DNA of 63,521 nucleotides, filler included, from Octopus bimaculoides (lineage: Eukaryota), in NCBI RefSeq assembly GCF_001194135.2. It is 7 parts of 7 records of this genome, joined end to end, with 100 filler letters (N's around TTAATTAATTAA, not from the genome) between each part and the next. Parts side by side here need not be neighbours in the genome. Positions count along the whole stretch, not along the records: positions 6,920 to 22,217 come from NC_068989.1; positions 22,318 to 45,091 come from NC_068982.1; 5 more parts are not named here. One strand, written 5' to 3'. A program made the position numbers and the translations under genes. The notes below the pieces were generated by a model. That model was not told the DNA's origin, made no database searches, and worked only from the letters and a program-made list of their open reading frames with translations. Shown here piece after piece: positions 11,196 to 24,008 of this stretch; the stretch's first letter is position 1; each line of letters starts with the position of its first letter.

Positions 11196-11893
11196 CAATG
11201 GCAGAGAAAGTTGAGCAGAGAATCTGCATCACATTTTGCCAAAGATTTGGTAATACCTGCTCAGAGGCCTACGCAAAGTTTTCAAAAAGTTTTCATCGTG
11301 CTCGACCCAAACAAGGAGATGTTGTACAACTGAAACCCGAGTGTTATTTTGTTCAGTTGAAAGCAGTTTTAGCACAAACTTGGCAGACACGCGCCTCATA
11401 CCGAAATCTTCAGTGATAATGAACTGAAATGAACCGTACCTAATCTGCACATCTTCTGATAACTCACGGATGGGTTCCACTCACAGCTGCACGCACATCT
11501 ACGATGTTTTTCTCAGTTCTGCTGGTTGCGGGCCTCCCAGAATGTTCGTCAATATCGACCTTTTTTGGCCAATTTGGAAACGTCTAAACCACTCATGCAC
11601 TTGTGTGCGGCTCATACTCTCCTCTCCATACACTTTCTGAAACTTCGCGTAGGCCTCTGAGCAGGTATCGCCATGACAACTTTCTCTATCATAATTCATT
11701 GCAACGATCATACGCTACACACACATTCATTTCAAGTATTGCTGTAAACAGCGGGAATGAGCTAGAACGTTAAAACTTAGTGAACATACACAGCAGAGGT
11801 CAACCAAGGTCAATCTGTGCCAAGCGGCTTTACTCTGCGTAATTTAGCTTTGTTATTATGACAAAGGTACGGATACTTATTGATCAGACCTCG
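11196..11893. mobile_element. Mariner (irritans-like) remnant in fold-back arrangement
   Basis: Minus copy starts TA-CGAGGTCTGATCAATAAGTATCC at 11893 and encodes CSEAYAKFQKVYGEESMSRTQVHEWFRRF...RRVSAKFVLKLL; plus strand 11198-11285 repeats the N-terminus MAEKVEQRICITFCQRFGNTCSEAYAKF. Confidence 0.8.
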
Positions 11894-11903
11894 TATACAC
11901 ACA

Positions 11904-11955
<52 letters not shown>

Positions 11956-12036
11956 ACATAATATATACTATATGTGTATATATTATATACATATTATATG
12001 TATTATATACATATATTACATGTGTAATATATTATT

Positions 12037-12107
<71 letters not shown>

Positions 12108-12824
12108 GCATGTATGTATGTGGTGTGTGTGTATTTATACATATATATATATACACATAAGCACACACACACAAAGCGAGAGAGATCTACATATTTGGAT
12201 TTACGTGTATATATACGTATGTATGTATGTATGTATGTATGATATATGAGAGATATATGTACACGCAGGTATACCTAAATACACACAAAGCGAAACACAA
12301 AAGACAGTATGTATTATAATATGCAAGGTCTAATTCTTCCGGGGTCATAGCCTTCAAATTAGCATTTAAATTAAAAACACACATCACCTTAAGCCAGGAC
12401 AAAGTGAAAAGTTTCTACATTGCATTTGTGAGTATATGAGTATGGATTAACGTAACGGGAAAAGTGAAAAAGCGCAGGATGGAGAAATAATTTGCCAGTA
12501 TGCGAAGGAGCATTATATGTATACATATGTGTATTTGTGAGGTGTGAGGAGAAAAATGGTGAGAGCAAGGAAGTGAGAGAAGGAAAGGATGATAGGGAGA
12601 GGCGGAGAGTAAAAAAAGGAAAGCGGAGAAAAGGGAGAAATAGAAGAGGCGGGTGGGTATATGGAGTTGCGTGGGTGATCGAGCAACGAAGAAGAAAAAG
12701 GGGAACAAAAAGAAGAACGGGGTGGTGATCATGGTCATCATCATGATCTATCAAAAGACCCCCTTCAAACCCGACTATATCTTTTGAAAATATTCAAAAT
12801 AATAGCTGTAATTCAGTAAATATT

Positions 12825-13135
12825 GATAAGGATTGGCTGTATGATTAACATGCTTGATTTTGAACTATAAGGTTCCGGGTGGGGTCGTTCCCAGTTCTTG
12901 ATGCATTTGGCAACTGTTTTCAACTATAGCTTACCATGGACAAATACCAATTTCGTAGGCGGAAAGTGGAATATTGTTGAGAGGACCGTTCTTCCCCTTG
13001 GGGAATCTTATTCTGTGATCAGTTTTAACAACAATGTTTGGTCCTTGCATAACTCTAGAAGGGTCCCTTCTATTGAAAGTATTTGAAGCAGAATTCCCTA
13101 AATATGGCCATGGAGCCAGGGACGCTGTCTTTTCT
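12825..13135 (+). mobile_element. SINE family D (family-A-like tRNA head, different body)
   Basis: Head ATAAGGATTGGCTGTATGATTAAC; 54-bp block CTTATTCTGTGATCAGTTTTAACAACAAT..GGTCCTTGCATAACT (13007-13060) matches 14301-14354 on the minus strand. Confidence 0.65.
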
Positions 13136-14194
13136 CAATAAACCAAAGAGATATTATACTTAAAAAGAAAGATAAATTCAAACAAAATATGATGTATCTT
13201 AGATACATATATAGTCGTTTTTAATGTATTTAATGGAAAAGCATATGAAATCGATAGCTATAGAAATAATTTTCATCTATGTGTTATTGATTTTCAAATG
13301 ACAAGTAAACATTAGCACAGTTTTAACTTAAGAAACCTTTTAGAAAACAGCTGAAAAGTAAAGAAAACCTTTCAGAATTTGGTTAGAAACGAGGAAGACA
13401 TGTACCACAAGACAGGAACTAAATATTAATATGTTACACGTGATGGTTAGAGGTAAATAATATCTATGATAATCTTTGGTCGTTTCATCACTTCAAACCA
13501 CGTTAAGGATGAGATGAATATTACTAGGGGGTATATTGTTTTGAAAATACCCCAATGCCTTTAGGTTCGTCCGTTGACTGTTTCAGAAGTAGGAGATAAT
13601 GTGAAATAAATCGGCTATTCATGCTAACGAAACATTACTAAAAGCGTTACAAAATAAACGTTCCCTTTGTCTATATTCGAATGCAGATAACTATCTACAG
13701 TCAGATAAGCCAGTAACTTAATACTTACCTTCATATTTTTGTGTGGCAGTTTTGTATTGAACAAGATATGTAAACACGGTCGAATGCAATAATATATAAT
13801 ATAGTATTGCAATATAAATGAGGTAAGACATTGTTGACATATGTGAAGCATGGAACATTAAAAATAACAACGTGAAATATATATATATATGTGACAAGGA
13901 AAACTCAAAATTAGTCATCCCGAGTGATATTCATTTTTACATACAGTATTTTAACGTGTCTCCTCTTTCATTCTCTCCGCTTTCTAAAAGTCTTTCATTT
14001 TGCAGTAATTTTAAAAAAGTTTTCTAAAGTAAAAGCTGTGACAATGTTTACTTGTCATTTGAAAATCAATAATGCATGGATGCTAATGATATCAATAAAT
14101 ATCAATTTGATATACTTTTCCATTAAATGCATTATCAAACAGTACATATACATCTAAAGTATATCACATTTTGTTTAAACTTATCTTCCTTTAA

Positions 14195-14484
14195 AAAAAA
14201 ACACTATGGCTCAGTGAAAAGAGGAAGGCAGCGTCCGTGGCCCTTTTCAAGGACTCGTAGATCAGAGGGTCGGCCCGAGTGGCTGCAACAGAGTGGAATT
14301 TTCTAAAGTTATACAAGGACCAACTATTGTTGTTAAAACTGATCATAGAATAAGTTTCCACCAAAAAGGAAACGACATTCCACAATCTGCACCTACCATG
14401 GTGTGGATCGACGGTGGGTAGTAGAAAGAATCCAGAACCATATAGTTTCGAACCGAGCTTGTTGACCACACAGCCAAGCCTTAT
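14195..14484 (-). mobile_element. SINE family D, second copy (inverted)
   Basis: Minus strand ATAAGGCTTGGCTGTGTGGTCAACAAGC head and the shared 54-bp block. Confidence 0.65.
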
Positions 14485-16704
14485 CAGTGTTTAGCTCATC
14501 TTTTCTCATTCAGGACAGGGCTCATTTGATATAGATCCTTCATTTTTTCGCATATTCTTATTCTTCTTCCTCCTCCTCATTATCATCATCCTCCCCTTCC
14601 TCCTCTTTTACCTCTTTTTTTTATTTCTTCAGCCCTTCCCTCTTACAAACGACAGAATATACTCGACAGATCAGTCCTAAATAATAGAAAATAACCAGTG
14701 TGGTCGTTGCTGGAACGTTGCTTGGACAATAAATATTGGTCACAGAAAACCATTTTTGAAGATAAATAAATACCAAATTTAGCCAGGAGAAAAGAACAAC
14801 AAAAACAACCAAATTTAAAATGTTATGCGATCTATTCACTGTGTAACACGATTTTTGTCCTCGGTAGCAACTGTTATTTTCTATTTGCATAGCCTTAGAA
14901 AGTATGTTAGTATTTCCTTTAAACTTTGCTTTTGTCACACTTATTCAAACCCCAAAGAATTCCCCTCAACACATGGCTGTGATGCTGCTCCCACACTACT
15001 CCTACTTCTGATCAGAGATGCACATATTGTCAGCCACTAAGGGACATACTCAAGTGGTTAATGTCAAGCAACTGACAAGCAAATCTGCGATATTGGGCAG
15101 AATATTCGCTATAACGATATTTCTGCTTCAGCAACTCGGCCAACGCTGAATCTCTCTGAAATGTAATGGAAAATAGTCAGTTTCAATACATTGATGTTCA
15201 GGTCATAAAAGCAAAGTTTGAAGGCAATAGCAGTTATTTCCTTTGATTTTTATAGAAGCAAATAGGAAATAACACTTACCAAAGACAAAATAAAGAAAAC
15301 AAAATCTGTTGCACAGTGTTATGAGTATTTATCTCTTCACAATATCCCATTACAAAATAAAGGTGCAAAATAAAAAGTAACATTGCGCACTTCCATTTAA
15401 ATGTATCGTATGGAGAGTCACATATATATCTTCGTAACGAAACCAAAATACTTATTATGAAATTCATACAAAGCAGTTTTCTATCAGAGGAAGTTTCGAC
15501 TCTCCCTATCCTTTCCACTATATTCAAAATCAATCCCCATACTAACAAACACATTGAGAACACTTGAAAATACTGCTACAAAAAGATTCTATGGACAATA
15601 TACCATCTGTTCAGTCGTGACAAACTTTAGCTATTTGTCTATTCAGTCCTGTGTATCACCTGAAATAGACAGGGTATATTTCCTTAGTATGTCCATACGT
15701 CATATGTGATACACATTCCATTTTTTTTATTCATCTACCAGCGTAACTCGGGTCTCATGAAAGGAAAGCTTTGTATTACTCAGAACATATGAAACAAGGT
15801 CTGAAAACAAACTTATAAAAATAATTTGGACAAGCAAATGGTAAACAAAAAACATATACATAATAGCGTCATTATCCCCACTGACTGTGCTGGAATGCAT
15901 TTCACCGTTAGCAGCAGTTGTCGGATTTGCAGGAAGTTCCTCTTGCTTTCACAAGATTCTGCAGACATACACAAACAGAATATAAAATGCAAAGAATACA
16001 TGTCCTGACTGCAGCACTGCATAACCTATATTTAATAAGAGGATGTCAGAATTTACAGTATGATACGCAATCATATGGTGTTATAGCATATGATTGCGTA
16101 CTATTGATCTGTGTATTTAACTTCATTGTTCGACTGAAGACGTACGCAACATAGGCCTACGTGAACACGTGTGCCTTGGGATTGGGAGGTTACCTCCTAT
16201 AATAAATAAAATATGTGACGGAATTGAAAGCACCATTGCGAAAGGATTGCGAAGCTCGCGATGCGACGACAGTGATTGGACGTCACCGTAGAATACCGAG
16301 GGTTCCACGAATCCGATACTGTAACCACCAAAAGTTCAAAGTGACAGAAATCCTCAACACATTGCCCAGAACGTAAAACTTTCACAGAGAATAAAGTTAG
16401 GTGTTTTTAAGAAACACCCATACAATTGTTTTTTATCTGCGTTTTATCAGACGAACATGTCTTAAGGCCAGAATCAAAGAAGAAGCGCATTATCCAACTA
16501 CCTCATTCACCAACAACGAACTACAGAAGAAGAGCTGCTGAAACGAAAAGATATTAAATGTAGTGCCCCAGCATGGCCGCAGCCAACAGACGTGAACAGC
16601 TACATGGATAAAATAATAAAAGAGCTTACGACATTTTTGACGATGCTTGTTAACAACTTGTGTGAATGGTTTATCTAATCACTTATTGTCATCACTCCTA
16701 AAAT

Positions 16705-18044
16705 CGAATTCTTACGGCGTTGCCCGGGATTAAGCTAGGATTATTAAGTGATAAAGCGCTTTATTTCAAACCAAAATAAGTAACATCGACATTAGATTTG
16801 AGCGAAATCCGTTGAAATTGGTTTGGCTGAAAATGGTTTGCTGGCAATTTGATTAAATTTACCATGAAAAACTACAGCTAATTTTTTAGATAACACTCGC
16901 ACGATTTTCACTAAGGAAAGAGTAAATCGGATTTTTTGTGTGGAATCAACTGCCCTGGTCTACTAATATACTACAAAACCATTTTGGTGGTTCGAAAAAC
17001 GGGTTGGGATGTGCTGAAAACCTCGGAATTTCACTCTCCCCACACATTGATCTTTTCACCATCTATTTTTCAATGTACGGGAAAGATTAAGAATATGGAT
17101 AAAAAATTTTTTTAAATCTCAAATTTACCATGAAAAACTCCAGCTAAATTTTTAGATANNNNNNNNNNNNNNNNNNNNNNNNNNNNNNNNNNNNNNNNNN
17201 NNNNNNNNNNNNNNNNNNNNNNNNNNNNNNNNNNNNNNNNNNNNNNNNNNNNNNNNNNNNNNNNNNNNNNNNNNNNNNNNNNNNNNNNNNNNNNNNNNNN
17301 NNNNNNNNNNNNNNNNNNNNNNNNNNNNNNNNNNNNNNNNNNNNNNNNNNNNNNNNNNNNNNNNNNNNNNNNNNNNNNNNNNNNNNNNNNNNNNNNNNNN
17401 NNNNNNNNNNNNNNNNNNNNNNNNNNNNNNNNNGAGAGAGAGAGAGAGAGAGAGAGAGTGAGGGGGGAGAAGAAAGATGAACGATTTTAAATAAATAAAT
17501 GATTTAAAATAAATATATTTCAATTATTGTGTGAGAAAGTTTATATAATTTCATTATAAAGTATAGTGTCTTTCAAAAACATCCTATATTTGAAACTATA
17601 TCTCATGTTTAAGAAAAAAAAAGCATTTTACATTTTCATTTTTGATGAACGCTGAAACTTACTGTCTTCCTTACTCACACCTACCTTTTCTTTCATTAGA
17701 CGCTTTCTGTCTCCCTCTCCCACTTTTTCTTTACTTTTTTTGTTAGACGCTCTATCTCTCCCTCATTCCCCCCCTCTCACTCACTTCTCCTCTCTCACAC
17801 ACACATATACATCAACACACAATTTCTCTCTCTCCCTCACACGCTTACGCACAGTTTCACTTCGCCATGTAAGCAAACTTCAAAATTGGTAAAAGTTATG
17901 GCTGAAAATCGATTTTTACAGCTATACTCGGGTGCCTCTGAGAGAAAAAGTTGACGCAAATGCAGATAGGGTCATGAAGAATGTCCTCTTAAAATTGGAG
18001 TGACATGCGTGCTAATTTGTGGACGTGCATAAATTACAGTCACG

Positions 18045-18089
<45 letters not shown>

Positions 18090-18110
18090 CCTGCCTTTTA
18101 TATATACAGA
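16705..18110 (-). mobile_element. Non-autonomous Helitron-like element (interrupted by gap)
   Basis: Minus strand starts A|TCTGTATATATAAAAGG followed by (GT)n; far end has GC-rich CCCGGGCAACGCCG; internal 38-bp direct repeat 16855-16892 / 17121-17158. The terminal CTRR is not evident. Confidence 0.45.
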
Positions 18111-18242
18111 TTATAGAAAGGGTTCTTATTTCTTATTTAACATTTGATATATTCATCGTGAAGCATATTAGGTAAGTTATTTGAATACAGATTCCAAAAA
18201 CGAAAAAGATTAGTTTTCTTTTATATTTCTTTCCATTATAGA

Positions 18243-18424
18243 TACAACGCCTGAAATTCTGGTTAGTTTATTAAATCAACCCCAGTGTTCAACTGGTACT
18301 TATTTTATTGAAAGCATGAATAGCAGAATCAGCCTCGGCAGAATTTAAAATTAGAACGTAAAGACGAATGAAATTCCACTTAGGATTTTGTCCGGCGTGC
18401 TAACGATTCTGCCAGCTTACCGCC
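18243..18424 (-). mobile_element. SINE family C (OR1-like)
   Basis: Reverse complement of head GGCGGTAAGCTGGCAGAATCGTTAGCACGCCGG and core GCCGAGG..AAGTACCAGT. Confidence 0.8.
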
Positions 18425-18459
18425 GGATCATTACCCTAATAATAATCGATTCCCGCATA

Positions 18460-18900
18460 GCCAGAATACCACGTGCTTTTTTAGGGATGGGGAAGGAAAG
18501 AGTCGATGAAGGACCTTCACTTCAAGACGTTACTTGATCGACCTCCAGGATACTAAAAGGAATGTAGGTGGCAGTGGCATTTGAACTTTTAAACTGAAAG
18601 TTGTGTTTAAATACTGCAATATACTTGGTCCGATACCATACCTATTCTGACTATCTACATCCTCACAATCAATAATAATAATCGCTCCGGATTTAAGCTC
18701 GAGACAGCATGTTTGAAGGGAAGTGGTTAGTCGATAACATCAACCCCAGTACCTCCCTGATAATCTATTTTAAGGAGCCTAGAGGGATGGAACGCAAAGT
18801 CGAACTCTACGGGATTAGATATTAGAATCTAGTTATGAAAGAAATGCCGCAAGGAATTTTTACCGAAGCTCTGACGTACAGTTCTATCAATGCACCGCTC
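18460..18900 (-). mobile_element. Two old, diverged family C-like SINE copies
   Basis: Residual core motifs (GATCGACCTCC..GGCATTTGAACT; GTCGATAACATCAACCCCAGTAC..CAAAGTCGAACTC) at 18460-18665 and 18690-18900. Confidence 0.5.
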
Positions 18901-19764
18901 TTACAACAACAAGGACAACAGCAAATTCCATTTTTCCGAAGGCCGTCATTGCTGTATAAAATATACATCTTAAAACTGAATATGTGTGATGCGCATTGAA
19001 ATTATATAAAAATGAGTTTAGAGACAGAGATATGACACGATATATTAAGACTAATAAACTGCACAAATTACGTAAAACAATTATACAATTATTGATTATA
19101 TAAGGCAGGTATAAGTTTCCGTGAAACATGAAATTTATAGAAAGAGAAAATAACAGGCTACTCGCGCACGTATAAGAAACTGCTATCAGGAGTGGATGAA
19201 AGCATTTCACGGCTCAGAATCTGTTGCATTGCTTTTTACGCTCGATCCTGGTTAATCCAAATGTTCCCAGCATAAGAACTTTCCTATCCTTTGTCTGAAA
19301 CAACAATCCCTTAAACGTAGTTTTTTTCTTCAAGTTTGTCTCTACGGAATACCTCTTGCGAGTGCCTAAGCTCACATGCAGTGAATGTATTAAATGAACT
19401 GTTATCCCTCAAGGTTAATATCAAATTGCGGAAGTGGGCGTTTCCCTCACAGATCACCGTGAATTTGAATGTTACCGTGGCGTTAAGTACCTCTTCTTGC
19501 GTCTTACATATTTTATTGCTTGGCTCCATGTTTTTTTTCTCTATCGTTTTTCCACTTTTCACAGCTTCCTCAAATATCTTATTACTTGTCAAGAGTTTCC
19601 CTTTCCTCACCTTGTCCGTATAGTACTACTGAAATGTAAAATGGCAGCGACTCGGAGATATAAATCACCAGGGTATGTTTCGGTGCTTTCGCGGGAAAAG
19701 TTGGAATAATATAAAACTGACGCAATTTTTATCCCTTACTTTCTGAAAATTTTAGTTTCAAATT

Positions 19765-19925
19765 TTGGCACAAGGTCTGCAACTTCGACGGAGGAGTAAG
19801 ATGATTACCTCAACTCCATGGCAAATTCGACCTCGGCGGAATTTGAATTCAGAATGTAAAGCCGAATGAAATGCTGCATAGCATTTCGTCCGGCGTGGTA
19901 ACGATTCTGCCAACTCCGCGCCTTA
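19765..19925 (-). mobile_element. SINE family C, internally deleted
   Basis: GGCACAAGG tail, TCGACCTCGGCGGAATTTGAA core, CTGCCAACTCCGCGCCTTA head. Confidence 0.8.
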
Positions 19926-20289
19926 CTTTCCGAAAATATTTACATAATATACAATGGGTTTGTATAAGCATCAACGGATATATCAGCTATTTCCCCTGGA
20001 TGATGAAAAAGAATTAATTATTTAGTTATCTATAAAAATCCATAATGAACATAAAACTCTCTACCACCAGTGTTTATTGATCAATCAATTAAATGCTTGT
20101 ATATGCATACAACATTTAACATTTTAGCAAATATTTCAAACGTGAAACACTTTGTCTTCTGGAGCTTGTTAGAATTATGGCGCATCCCACACAACTTGAT
20201 TGGTTTATCGCGATGATCCGTGTTAAATTTTCAGAATCAATTTACAGTAGAATGAACTGTTCTCTAGACATTCTAAAGTAATAATCCTC

Positions 20290-20500
20290 TCTAATATAGA
20301 CACAAAGCCTGAAACTTCAGGGTAGGGGCTTGTCGATTACACTGATGCCCACTACCCAACTGGTACTTATTTCATCGTCCCTGAGAGGATAAAAGGCGAA
20401 GTCGACCTTGGTAGAATTTGAACTCAGAACGTAAAGAGAGATGTTATAGCGCTCAGTATTTTGCCCGGCGTGCTAACGTGTCTGCCAACTCGCCGCCTTA
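20290..20500 (-). mobile_element. SINE family C
   Basis: Full head-core-tail order; head reads TAAGGCGGCGAGTTGGCAGA on the minus strand. Confidence 0.85.
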
Positions 20501-21472
20501 TACTGATCAGCCCTCAACGAATTGTTTAGTACCTCATCCATTCAATTAAATGAAATTCTCATTTCATACAACTAAAATTCAGCTATTTTTGATAAGGTAA
20601 ATATAAAATACAAGATCTGAAATACATTTGGCCTATATATTTCTAGATAAAGACGAACAAGCAAGAATATTCTAATGATAGTGGACATGTTGGAGAAAGG
20701 ATAAGAAATCTCAAGTATATTTGGCTGCTATTTCTATAATATGAATCGACTTCGTAGAGTCTTCTTCGATGAGTTAATAATAAACATGGAAACTGGGAAG
20801 TTTACAAGAGTTTTATGTCACCGTAGCTGCCTATACACTGTGTAATACTTTCCCTTAGCTGATAGAATTGGGATAGGACAATTGTAGAACTGATAACATA
20901 TATTGAGACTGAAACACGTGCCCACGACTCTTCGCCTGTCTTAAGAAAATAAACCGGCCCTTTTTTCCTGAAGGAATGTTACGATAACTCTTAAAATTTT
21001 CTCTCCTTTTCGTATGGAGTTGTTCTCAATTGCCATTTAGTAATTGGAACACAGCCAATAGAGGAGGAAATAATTTTAATAAAAAATTTATGCTATTTGA
21101 TACACCTGTATTTCTCTCCCTTTCTCTCTCTTTCTTTCTCTTTNNNNNNNNNNNNNNNNNNNNNNNNNNNNNNNNNNNNNNNNNNNNNNNNNNNNNNNNN
21201 NNNNNNNNNNNNNNNNNNNNNNNNNNNNNNNNNNNNNNNNNNNNNNNNNNNNNNNNNNNNNNNNNNNNNNNNNNNNNNNNNNNNNNNNNNNNNNNNNNNN
21301 NNNNNNNNNNNNNNNNNNNNNNNNNNNNNNNNNNNNNNNNNNNNNNNNNNNNNNNNNNNNNNNNNNNNNNNNNNNNNNNNNNNNNNNNNNNNNNNNNNNN
21401 NNNNNNNNNNNNNNNNNNNNNNNNNNNNNNNNNNNNNNNNNNNNNNNNNNNNNNNNNNNNNNNNNNNATTAA

Positions 21473-21515
<43 letters not shown>

Positions 21516-22017
21516 ATATGAATACATACATGCGCAGACACACACAAACACAGAAAGTGACATAGACAAATACTTAAATATGTATGTATACTTATACGTG
21601 TATATGTATATAATTGTTTAAATGTGTTTGTGTGTGTCTGTGTGTGTGTGTGCGCACGTGTGTGTACAATTATATGTTTGCTCTCTGCATGCGTATTTAC
21701 AGATTTATCCTCCTAATTAATATTATTGTAATTTGAGGTTAATAATGATAGTTCTACTCTACCACATGAGCTTAGCAACAAACTATCCACAAATTTCCCT
21801 ATTCCCTTTAAAAAAGAGAAGTGGCACTGTTGATGTCGTAGTCCTAGATACAACGCATCTAAGCAAGACAGGATTGTCGCTTCAGTACGATGGAAGCTAA
21901 CCTGAAACCAAACAATAACTGGAATTCCGTGATTGTCTGCTCTTATAAAGCAAATTTATGAAAAATTAGCATTTAACTAGACTATGACAATTAAAAATAT
22001 TTCATTTTTGTTAGTGC

Positions 22018-22217
<200 letters not shown>

Positions 22218-22317
22218 NNNNNNNNNNNNNNNNNNNNNNNNNNNNNNNNNNNNNNNNNNNNTTAATTAATTAANNNNNNNNNNNNNNNNNNNNNNNNNNN
22301 NNNNNNNNNNNNNNNNN

Positions 22318-22632
22318 GACCGGGCGTTGTGAGTGTTTATTGAGCGAAAACACTTAAAGCTCCACGAGGTTCCGGCAGAGGATGGTGGCGAACCCTGCTG
22401 TACTCTTCCGCCACAGCTTTCTCTCACTCTTACTTCCTGTTTCTGTTGTGCCTGTAATTCAAAGGGTCAGCCTTGTCACACTGTGTCACGCTGAATATCC
22501 CCGAGAACTACGTTAAGGGGTATACGTGTCTGTGGAGTGCTCAGCTACTTGCACGTTAATTTCACGAGCAGGCTGTTCCGTTGATCCGATCAACTGGAAC
22601 CCTCGACGTCGTAAGCGACGGAGTGCCAACAA
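22318..22632 (+). mobile_element. SINE family B (head lost in gap)
   Basis: Near-identical to 31624-31935. Confidence 0.9.
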
Positions 22633-22832
22633 AAATCTATCTATCTATAGATAGATAGAGAGACAGACAGACAGACACATAAATACATACACACATGTGT
22701 ATGTGTGTATACATGTTTGTGTGCTTGTATAAGTGTTTTTGGTGTATAAATGTTTTTTATGTCATGTTAATTTACCTAATACTTTTTAGTAGAGTACTTT
22801 ATTAAACTCTTAAAAGATGATTACCAGTCAAA

Positions 22833-22887
22833 GTTTCGGCTTACTTACCTTCATCAGACTGTTTGATGAAGGCAATCAAACCGAAAC
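22833..22887. ncRNA. Inverted pair of degenerate hammerhead-like cores
   Basis: Minus: CTGATGA-A-GG(TAAGTAAG)CC-GAAAC; plus: TTGATGA-A-GG(CAATCAAA)CC-GAAAC. Neither has an intact GUH cleavage triplet. Confidence 0.35.
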
Positions 22888-22912
22888 ACTAGAACAATTT
22901 CCAACTTTCCCT

Positions 22913-22972
<60 letters not shown>

Positions 22973-23753
22973 NNNNNNNNNNNNNNNNNNNNNNNNNNNN
23001 NNNNNNNNNNNNNNNNNNNNNNNNNNNNNNNNNNNNNNNNNNNNNNNNNNNNNNNNNNNNNNNNNNNNNNNNNNNNNNNNNNNNNNNNNNNNNNNNNNNN
23101 NNNNNNNNNNNNNNNNNNNNNNNNNNNNNNNNNNNNNNNNNNNNNNNNNNNNNNNNNNNNNNNNNNNNNNNNNNNNNNNNNNNNNNNNNNNNNNNNNNNN
23201 NNNNNNNNNNNNNNNNNNNNNNNNNNNNNNNNNNNNNNNNNNNNNNNNNNNNNNNNNNNNNNNNNNNNNNNNNNNNNNNNNNNNNNNNNNNNNNNNNNNN
23301 NNNNNNNNNNNNNNNNNNNNNNNNNNNNNNNNNNNNNNNNNNNNNNNNNNNNNNNNNNNNNNNNNNNNNNNNNNNNNNNNNNNNNNNNNNNNNNNNNNNN
23401 NNNNNNNNNNNNNNNNNNNNNNNNNNNNNNNNNNNNNNNNNNNNNNNNNNNNNNNNNNNNNNNNNNNNNNNNNNNNNNNNNNNNNNNNNNNNNNNNNNNN
23501 NNNNNNNNNNNNNNNNNNNNNNNNNNNNNNNNNNNNNNNNNNNNNNNNNNNNNNNNNNNNNNNNNNNNNNNNNNNNNNNNNNNNNNNNNNNNNNNNNNNN
23601 NNNNNNNNNNNNNNNNNNNNNNNNNNNNNNNNNNNNNNNNNNNNNNNNNNNNNNNNNNNNNNNNNNNNNNNNNNNNNNNNNNNNNNNNNNNNNNNNNNNN
23701 NNNNNNNNNNNNNNNNNNNNNNNNNNNNNNNNNNNNNNNNNNNNNNNNNNNNN

Positions 23754-23788
<35 letters not shown>

Positions 23789-23789
23789 T

Positions 23790-24008
23790 GTATGTGTGTG
23801 TACATGTTTGTGTGTCTGTGTTTGTCCCCCAACATCGATTGACAACCGATGCTGGTGTGTTTACGTCCCTGTAACTTAGCAGTTCGGCAAAAGAGACCGA
23901 TAGAATAAGTACTAAGCTTCCAAAGAATAAGTCCTGGAGTCGATTTGCTCGACTAAAGGCGGTGCTCCAGCATGGCCGCAGTCAAATGACTGAAACAAGT
24001 AAAGAGTA
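23790..24008 (+). mobile_element. SINE family A, 3' half
   Basis: Matches 37545-37760. Confidence 0.9.

Noticed and set aside
22318-22330. Two family B copies (22318, 34188) starting at nearly the same base after a gap
   Set aside because: Best explained by contig breaks at a young high-copy repeat, not a biological truncation site.
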